A stretch of DNA of 32,000 bases from Candidatus Iainarchaeum sp. (GTDB taxonomy: Archaea > Iainarchaeota > Iainarchaeia > Iainarchaeales > CSSED10-239). The notes beneath the pieces were generated by a model that was not told where the DNA came from, searched no databases, and saw nothing but the letters and a program-made list of their open reading frames with translations. Shown piece by piece: positions 25,674 to 32,000 of the stretch; within the stretch, counting starts at the first letter, position 1, and every line of letters begins with the position of its first letter. A program made the translations under genes and the position numbers. The DNA is taken from contig JAQVTI010000002.1 in assembly GCA_028700115.1 (NCBI GenBank), forward strand, positions 1-32,000, in the 5' to 3' direction.

Positions 25674-26033
25674 ATGACTATTAAAAAAAGTTTGAAAAAT
25701 AATGAAAAAGTTGAAATGATTGATAAATTATATAAAGCTTATAAGCAAAATAATAAAGATATTTATAAAAGAGTTGCAAAGCTTTTAGAAAAAAGTGTTA
25801 GAAAAAATATTTCTGTAAATTTATCTAAGCTTGAAAAATTAAATGTAGTTAAAGATGGATCTATTGTTGTTGTTCCTGGGAAAATATTAGGTGCTGGGGA
25901 AGTTTCAAAAAAAATTACAGTTTATGCTTATAAATATTCAGATTCTGTAAAAAATAAAATTCATTCAATAAAATCTTTTGATGATTTTTGTAAGGATAAA
26001 ATTGACTATAAAAATACTTTAATAATTATTTAA
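25674..26033 (+). CDS. rpl18e: 50S ribosomal protein L18e (eL18)
   Basis: VVKDGSIVVVPGKILGAGEVSKKITVYAYKYSDSVKNKI. True start is ATG 25674; the track start (25587) lies inside the tRNA. Confidence 0.9.
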   Translation: MTIKKSLKNNEKVEMIDKLYKAYKQNNKDIYKRVAKLLEKSVRKNISVNLSKLEKLNVVKDGSIVVVPGKILGAGEVSKKITVYAYKYSDSVKNKIHSIKSFDDFCKDKIDYKNTLIII

Positions 26034-26053
26034 ATTAATAATTGGTGACTAAA

Positions 26054-26470
26054 ATGATATTAATTAATGCAGAAAATAAAATTTATGGAAGACTTGCATC
26101 TGATGTTGCAAAAAAACTTTTATCTACTGATGATAAAATAGTTGTAGTTAATTCTGGACTTATTATTGTTTCTGGAGATGGGACTTTACTTTTAAAAAAA
26201 ATCAGTGATAAAAGAGAAAGAGGGGGAAAAGGAAATCCACTTCATAATCCAAAACAACCAAGATATCCAGATTTGTTATTTAAAAGATCTGTAAGAGGTA
26301 TGCTCCCAAGAAGTCCAAAAGGTCTAAATGCTTTAAAAAGATTAACAGTTTATATAGATGTTCCTGAAGAATTTTCAAAAAATTTAGAAAAAGCAGTAGA
26401 TAAAAAAAATATAGAACATACAACATTAAATGCTCTTTGTAAAAAATTAGGGGCTAAATTAAAATTATAA
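26054..26470 (+). CDS. rpl13: 50S ribosomal protein L13 (uL13)
   Basis: MILINAENKIYGRLASDVAKKLL...NPLHNPKQPRYPDLLFKRSVRGMLPRSPKG. Confidence 0.95.
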   Translation: MILINAENKIYGRLASDVAKKLLSTDDKIVVVNSGLIIVSGDGTLLLKKISDKRERGGKGNPLHNPKQPRYPDLLFKRSVRGMLPRSPKGLNALKRLTVYIDVPEEFSKNLEKAVDKKNIEHTTLNALCKKLGAKLKL

Positions 26471-26484
26471 AAATAGGTTATATT

Positions 26485-26889
26485 ATGGTAAAAATATATA
26501 ATGTTAAAGCGAATAGAAAAAAGGCAAAGGCAAGAGCTGTAATTAAGTCTGGAAAAGGGAATATTAGAATTAATAATACTTCTGTAGATTCTTTTTATAC
26601 AGGTTATAAACAATCTCTAGTTTTAGAACCCACTCATATTGCTCCAGAAGAATTTTCAAAATTTGATTTTTTAATAAATGTATCTGGAGGGGGAGTTTCT
26701 GGGCAAGTACAAGCTGTTAGAAGTTGTATTGCAAAAGGAATTGTTCTTGCAAATGGTAGTAAAAAAACATTAAAAGATAAATTTTTAATATATGATAGAT
26801 ATTTATTAATTGATGATGTTAGAAATAAAGAACCTAAAAAACAATTAGGAAGAGGAGCTAGAAGTAAAAAGCAAAGCTCTAAAAGGTGA
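26485..26889 (+). CDS. rps9: 30S ribosomal protein S9 (uS9)
   Basis: [20 protein letters not shown]...[24 protein letters not shown]. Confidence 0.95.
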   Translation: MVKIYNVKANRKKAKARAVIKSGKGNIRINNTSVDSFYTGYKQSLVLEPTHIAPEEFSKFDFLINVSGGGVSGQVQAVRSCIAKGIVLANGSKKTLKDKFLIYDRYLLIDDVRNKEPKKQLGRGARSKKQSSKR

Positions 26890-26893
26890 TTTT

Positions 26894-27088
26894 ATGATTA
26901 TTCCTATAAGGTGTTTTTCTTGTGGTCAAGTTATTGCAAATAAATATGAAGAGTTTATAAAGCTTGTAAATGAAGAAAAATTATCTCCTGAAAAAGCACT
27001 TGATAAGCTTGGTATTAAAAAATATTGTTGTAGAAGAATGTTATTATCTCATGTTGAAACCATTGATGAGATAATGATGTATAATTAA
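26894..27088 (+). CDS. rpoN: DNA-directed RNA polymerase subunit N (Rpb10-like)
   Basis: [21 protein letters not shown]...[19 protein letters not shown]. Confidence 0.97.
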   Translation: MIIPIRCFSCGQVIANKYEEFIKLVNEEKLSPEKALDKLGIKKYCCRRMLLSHVETIDEIMMYN

Positions 27089-27115
27089 AATGAAAATATA
27101 TAAAGAGTTGATATA

Positions 27116-27805
27116 ATGGTTGAAAAAAATGATAGTTCTAAAGGAACTTTAGTAAATATAGATTTATATCTTAAAAATGGTATTCATATAGGTACAAAAT
27201 ATAAAAATGGAGCTATGAGAAGATTTATCTTTAAATCAAGAAGTGATAAATTAAATGTAATGGATGTTCAAATAATTGATAAAAGAATTGCTATTGCTAT
27301 AGATTTTTTATCAAAATATGATCCTAAAGATGTTATTTTTGTTTCAAGAAAAAAATATTCTCTTACAGGTATTAAACTTTTAGAAAAAACTTTTGGATAT
27401 AATTCAAAAGTAGGAAGATTTATTCCAGGTACTTTTACAAATCCAGAATCTGAACATTTTGTAGAGCCTAAATTAGTATTTATTGTAGATCCAAATATAG
27501 ATAGACAGGCAATATTAGAAGCAAAAAAAATAAGAGCCCCTATTGTTGCTCTTGCTACAACTTCTAGTAATATTAGAAATATAGATTTTATTATTCCATT
27601 TAATAACAAAGGTAGAAAATCTGTTGCACTTTTCTTTTGGTTATTAAATAGAGAATTACAATTAAAAAATGGATTTATTAAAAAACCAGAAGAATTTAGT
27701 TATAAAGTTGAAGATTTTATTTTTGATGATGATAATAAAGATAAAAAAGATAAAAAAGATATTACACCAAGACCAAGATTTAGAAAAAAATTTAATAAAA
27801 ATTAA
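27116..27805 (+). CDS. rps2: 30S ribosomal protein S2 (uS2)
   Basis: GIHIGTKYKNGAMRRFIFKSRSDKLNVMDV...GRFIPGTFTNP...VEPKLVFIVDP...NIDFIIPFNNKGRKSVALFFWLLNRE. Confidence 0.95.
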   Translation: MVEKNDSSKGTLVNIDLYLKNGIHIGTKYKNGAMRRFIFKSRSDKLNVMDVQIIDKRIAIAIDFLSKYDPKDVIFVSRKKYSLTGIKLLEKTFGYNSKVGRFIPGTFTNPESEHFVEPKLVFIVDPNIDRQAILEAKKIRAPIVALATTSSNIRNIDFIIPFNNKGRKSVALFFWLLNRELQLKNGFIKKPEEFSYKVEDFIFDDDNKDKKDKKDITPRPRFRKKFNKN

Positions 27806-27934
27806 TTTTTTTATTTTTTTTAAATTAAAAAGTATTTTTATTTTTTTTATAATTATATTTTTTTATATTTAATTATTATTAGTTAATTATATAAAGTATT
27901 TCAACATATTATATATATAAAATAAGTGGTTTAT

Positions 27935-28660
27935 ATGAAAGATACTTCTATTGTTTCTCTTTTAAGAGATTTAAATTTAACAGAATATGAAGCAAAAGCA
28001 TTAACTACTTTATTTAAATTTTCTGAATCTGATGCTCCAACAATTAGTAGAAATTCTCAAATTCCAAAAACAAGAATTTATGATGTTTTAGATAAGCTTA
28101 AAGCAAAAGGTTTAGTTTTAGAGGTTTATAAATCTCCAAAAACTTTTAAAGTTATTAATCCTAATGAAATTTTTAGTCAACTAATTGATTCTAAGAAAAA
28201 AGAATTTGACTTACTTTCTAAAAAAGTAGATGATGTTGTAGCAAATAAAAATTGGGATGTTGAACTTTCTTCTAATAAGGAAAAAATTTTGCAAGTTAAT
28301 AATTTAAATGATTATAATAAATATTTATCTCAAGAATTAAATTCTGCTGAAAAAGAAGTTTTGGGATTTACTCATATTGATCAAAGAATTGATTCTTTAA
28401 AGTCTCTTATTCCTAGAGATAATTTAGGCATTAAGATTTTAACAAATCCAATGACTAAAGTCCATAATTTACCTAAACATTTTTCAGTTCAAGAAATTAA
28501 TCATTCTATGGATGCTTTTGTTTTAGATAAACATAAAGTTATTATGGCTCTTACAGATCTTTCTGAAGCCAAAAAAAGTTATCATTTAACTGTTTTAGAA
28601 AATAATCTATCTCTTGCAAATGCTTTATCTACTCATTTTAATTCTTATTGGAAAAAATAG
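27935..28660 (+). CDS. TrmB-family transcriptional regulator
   Basis: LRDLNLTEYEAKALTTLFKFSESDAPTISRNSQIPKTRIYDVLDKLKAKGLVLEV. Confidence 0.9.
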   Translation: MKDTSIVSLLRDLNLTEYEAKALTTLFKFSESDAPTISRNSQIPKTRIYDVLDKLKAKGLVLEVYKSPKTFKVINPNEIFSQLIDSKKKEFDLLSKKVDDVVANKNWDVELSSNKEKILQVNNLNDYNKYLSQELNSAEKEVLGFTHIDQRIDSLKSLIPRDNLGIKILTNPMTKVHNLPKHFSVQEINHSMDAFVLDKHKVIMALTDLSEAKKSYHLTVLENNLSLANALSTHFNSYWKK

Positions 28661-28740
28661 TTTTATTTTTTAAATACATTCTCTTTTTATATTTTTCTAA
28701 TTATATATTTTTATAAAAAATTAAAAAAAAGTTTTATAAT

Positions 28741-29202
28741 ATGTGTTTATTTAAAAAAAAAGGAAAAATAGATATTAAATTAGATTCTTATAATTTAAAA
28801 TATGATGATTTTATTAAAGGTAAATTATTTATAAATATTAATAAAGATTTAATTGGAAAAGAATTATATATTAAATTAATTTCCTATAAATATGTAAAAG
28901 AATATGATTCTAATGGTAAAGCTTATAAAAATAAAAAAATTTTGTTTAATTTTAAACAATCTTTAGATAGTTTGAAAAATTATTCAAAAACAATTTCTCC
29001 TTTAGAATATTCTTTTAAAATTAAAATTCCTTCAAAAAATTCTATAGATCCATTAAATTCAACTAAAGTTGGGAATATTATTAATAAGATTTCTATATTT
29101 ACAGGAAATAATTCAAAACTTTATTGGGATTTAGAATCTAAATTAGTTGTAAAAAAAAGTCTCTTTAATATTAAAAAAAAAATTGATTTAAATATTAATT
29201 AA
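28741..29202 (+). CDS. Arrestin/Spo0M-like beta-sandwich protein, tentative
   Basis: IDIKLDSYNLKYDDFIKGKLFIN...LEYSFKIKIPSK...KLYWDLESKLVVKKSLFNIKKKIDLNI has arrestin-fold-like spacing. Confidence 0.4.
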   Translation: MCLFKKKGKIDIKLDSYNLKYDDFIKGKLFININKDLIGKELYIKLISYKYVKEYDSNGKAYKNKKILFNFKQSLDSLKNYSKTISPLEYSFKIKIPSKNSIDPLNSTKVGNIINKISIFTGNNSKLYWDLESKLVVKKSLFNIKKKIDLNIN

Positions 29203-29682
29203 TTTTTTTTAACAGAATATTTATATTTATAAAAATTTATATTTTCTATTTTTATATATTAATAATTATAATAAATTTATTTAAATTTATTTTATAATAT
29301 ATTTTGAAAAAAAATTAAATTAATTTTATTTTTTATTTTTTATTTTATTTTTTTAGTTATATAATAAAATTTAGGTTATATTTTTTTGAAAATCCTAATT
29401 TTTTTAACATAAATTTTAAATAATTAATATAAATATACATATTAGTTTAATAGTTATAGATGATCATAATTATGATATATTATTATATATATTATTTTAT
29501 CTTTGTTAAGTTTATTTTATAAATAATAATATATCTTAAGAATAATATTTTTTATTTTTAATTTTTTTATAATATTTTTTTTAAAAAAATCTATTTATAA
29601 AGCTTATTGTGCTTATATTATATATTACTTTTTTTATTTTACAAAATAAAATAAACCGATGACATTTAAGGAGGTAGTTTGT

Positions 29683-30111
29683 ATGTCTGAATTTGTAAAA
29701 TTTACTGTGTCAGATGATCTATTAAATCTTCAAACTGAAGTTTTTAAAAAAATATCTAAGTCTGGTAAAGTAAAAATTGGTATAAATGAAGTTACTAAAG
29801 CTGTAGAGAGGTCTAATGCAAAATTAATTGCTATTGCAGAAGATGTTACTCCTGTAGAAATTGTAATGCATTTACCAATAATTTGTAAAGAAAAAAATAT
29901 ACCTTTTACTTATTTTAAAACAAAAGATGATTTAGGAAAAGCTGTAGGTATATCTGCAAAAGCAAGTTCTATTGCTATTTTAGATGCTGGAGTTGCTCAA
30001 AAAGAATTAACTTCATTAATTACAAAAATTAATGATTTAATTGGTGGAAAAAAAGAAGAAAAACCAAAAGAAGTTAAAGAAAAACCAAAAGAAGCTGAAG
30101 ATAAAGAGTAG
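29683..30111 (+). CDS. rpl7ae: 50S ribosomal protein L7Ae (eL8) with acidic/Lys tail
   Basis: KVKIGINEVTKAVERSNAKLIAIAEDVTPVEIVMHLPIICKEKNIPFTY; strong SD AAGGAGGT upstream of ATG 29683. Confidence 0.96.
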   Translation: MSEFVKFTVSDDLLNLQTEVFKKISKSGKVKIGINEVTKAVERSNAKLIAIAEDVTPVEIVMHLPIICKEKNIPFTYFKTKDDLGKAVGISAKASSIAILDAGVAQKELTSLITKINDLIGGKKEEKPKEVKEKPKEAEDKE

Positions 30112-30124
30112 TGGGGTGTTTTAA

Positions 30125-30334
30125 ATGGCTGATGAAGGAATACCTGCAGAAGTTGTAGAAATTGTAGGTAGAACTGGTTCAAGAGGAGAAGCTACTCAAG
30201 TTCTTTGTAAAGTTTTAGATGGTTATGAAAAGGGAAGAATAAAAAAAAGAAATGTTAAAGGTAATGTTAGACTTGGAGACATTTTATTATTATTAAACCC
30301 TGAAACAGAAGCAAAGGATATTAATTCTAGGTGA
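30125..30334 (+). CDS. rps28e: 30S ribosomal protein S28e (eS28)
   Basis: PAEVVEIVGRTGSRGEATQVLCKVLDG...RNVKGNVRLGDILLLLNPETEAKDI. Confidence 0.95.
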   Translation: MADEGIPAEVVEIVGRTGSRGEATQVLCKVLDGYEKGRIKKRNVKGNVRLGDILLLLNPETEAKDINSR

Positions 30335-30339
30335 TTGTT

Positions 30340-30534
30340 ATGAAATGTACATTTTGTGGTAAAGAAATTCCAGAAGGTTCTGGAATTATATATGCTAAAA
30401 AAGATGGTACTGTTTATAACTTCTGTTCTAGTAAATGTAAAATAACTGTTCTTAATAAAAAATATAAACCACATAGAACAAAATGGACAGATAAATATCA
30501 TCTTGAAAAATCAAGAATTAAGAAAAAAATTTAA
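30340..30534 (+). CDS. rpl24e: 50S ribosomal protein L24e (eL24)
   Basis: MKCTFCGKEIPEGSGIIYAKKDGTVYNFCSSKCKIT. Confidence 0.95.
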   Translation: MKCTFCGKEIPEGSGIIYAKKDGTVYNFCSSKCKITVLNKKYKPHRTKWTDKYHLEKSRIKKKI

Positions 30535-30585
30535 TTTTTTTCTTTTCTCTTCTTTAAAAAATATAATTTTTAATTTGGTGATTTA

Positions 30586-32000
30586 TTGTATAGGCAACCT
30601 ATAATAACAATTATGGGTCATATAGACTCTGGTAAAACCACTTTTCTAGATAAAATTAAAGGAAGTAGTATTGCAAAATTAGAAGCTGGAAAAATTACTC
30701 AACATATTGGTGCTACAGAGATTACTTTAGATGTTATTAAAAAAATGTGTTTTCATTTATTTAATAAATATAAATTTGATGTTACTATTCCTGGGTTATT
30801 ATTTATAGATACTCCTGGGCATAATGCTTTTGATAATTTAAGAGAAAGAGGTGGATCTCTTGCAGATCTTGTTGTTTTAGTTATAGATATTAATAAAGGT
30901 TTACAAGCTCAAGATATTGAAACTTTAGAAATTTTAAAAATGTATAAAGTTCCTTTTATTATTTTAGCAAATAAAGTTGATTTAATTAAAGGATGGTATC
31001 AAGAAGGAAAAGATATTTCTTTTTCTTTATCAAAACAATCTAAAAATATTTCAGATTATTTAGATGAATTAATCTACAAAATTGTTGGGCAATTATATGA
31101 TAAAGGATTTTCTGCAGAAAGATTTGATAGAGTTTCTGACTTTAAAAAACAAATTGCAATTATTCCTACTTCTGCAGAAAAAGAATGGGGGCTTACAGAA
31201 TCAATTTTATTTCTTGCCACTTTAAGTCAAAAATTTTTAGGTACAAGAATAACAATTCAAGAATTTCAAAAAGCACAAGGTACCATTTTAGAACTTGGTG
31301 AAGTTAAAGGTATTGGAACTGCAGCAGATGTAATTATTTATCAGGGAATTTTGAAATTAAAGGATAGAATTTCTTTTTTAACAAAACAAGGTATTATTGA
31401 ATCAAAAGTTAAAGCTTTATTAAAAATTAATGTTTTAAGTGCAATTAATAAAAAAACAAATTTTGAAAATGTTGAATTTGTTTCTGCTGCAAGTGGTGTT
31501 AAAATTATTGCTCCAGATTTAGATAAATGTCTTCCAGGTAGTGTTATTGTTTCTTCAGAAGATTTAGATGCTATTAAAAATTTAAAAGAAAGACCTCTTT
31601 CTTGTGTAATTAATTCTGAACAAGAAGGTGCTTTTATAAAAACAGATACTTTAGGGTCTTTAGAAGCTTTAACAAAGCTTTTAGAAAAAAATAATATTTG
31701 TATTGCAAAAGCAGATATTGGTGAAGTTACACAAAAAGATTATCTTGAATTAAAAATTTTAAATGAACAAAATAAAAAAAAAGGTGTTTTATTTTTATTT
31801 AATTCTAAAATTTCAAAAGATTTAGAAGAAAAATCAGAAAAAGATAAAATACCTATATTTAAAAATAATATTATCTATAAATTAATTGAAGATTATAATG
31901 ATTGGCTTTTAAAAATAAATGATGATGAAAGAAATAAAATTTTAAAAGAAATAGTTTATCCTTGTAAATTTAAAATTTTAAAAAATCATATTTTTAGAAC
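30586..32000 (+). CDS. infB: Translation initiation factor aIF5B (IF-2-like GTPase), 3' end beyond window; absent from the supplied track
   Basis: Open frame from TTG 30586 (preceded by GGTGAT) to the window end: MYRQPIITIMGHIDSGKTTFLDKIKGSSIAKLEAGKITQHIGATEI...FIDTPGHNAFDNLRERGGSLADLVVLVIDINKGLQAQDIETLEILK...ILANKVDLIKGW. Confidence 0.94.
   Translation, partial: MYRQPIITIMGHIDSGKTTFLDKIKGSSIAKLEAGKITQHIGATEITLDVIKKMCFHLFNKYKFDVTIPGLLFIDTPGHNAFDNLRERGGSLADLVVLVIDINKGLQAQDIETLEILKMYKVPFIILANKVDLIKGWYQEGKDISFSLSKQSKNISDYLDELIYKIVGQLYDKGFSAERFDRVSDFKKQIAIIPTSAEKEWGLTESILFLATLSQKFLGTRITIQEFQKAQGTILELGEVKGIGTAADVIIYQGILKLKDRISFLTKQGIIESKVKALLKINVLSAINKKTNFENVEFVSAASGVKIIAPDLDKCLPGSVIVSSEDLDAIKNLKERPLSCVINSEQEGAFIKTDTLGSLEALTKLLEKNNICIAKADIGEVTQKDYLELKILNEQNKKKGVLFLFNSKISKDLEEKSEKDKIPIFKNNIIYKLIEDYNDWLLKINDDERNKILKEIVYPCKFKILKNHIFR

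Noticed and set aside
27669-27872. Plus-strand 67-aa ORF
   Set aside because: Out-of-frame overlap with the end of rps2, followed by a low-complexity Phe/Ile run; not credible.
30586-32000. Intein or intron in aIF5B
   Set aside because: The GTPase motifs are contiguous across the visible part with no intein splice-block motifs. The rest lies outside the window.

Overview
This AT-rich archaeal window looks like a DPANN-type genome (Pace-/Woesearchaeota-like; inferred only from gene content and reduction). It has two parts. (1) At the left edge (1-2631) there is an apparently intact diversity-generating retroelement (DGR). Its order is: 3' end of a target gene carrying a C-terminal variable repeat (VR, 162-282); a GC-rich structured intergenic segment; a small uncharacterised ORF; an Avd-like accessory gene; the template repeat (TR, 1239-1359); a hairpin-rich spacer; and a DGR-type reverse transcriptase. 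I aligned TR and VR by hand. Over 121 ungapped positions there are 15 differences, 14 of them at TR adenines (14 of 28 A changed, 1 of 93 non-A changed). DGRs are a known class and are known in DPANN archaea, so the system type is not new. The small 123-aa ORF, the intergenic structure and the spacer are the parts that may be undescribed. (2) From about 3.2 kb onward there is eS8, an archaeosortase-like gene, two surface/secreted proteins, and then the long archaeal S10/spc/alpha-type ribosomal superoperon (uL3 to uS2, with SecY, RpoD, RpoN, aIF1, Rpp29 and tRNA-Leu(UAA)). A TrmB-like regulator, an arrestin-like ORF and an L7Ae-eS28-eL24-aIF5B cluster running off the right edge follow. Several ribosomal genes have lysine-rich repetitive tails or are strongly shortened.
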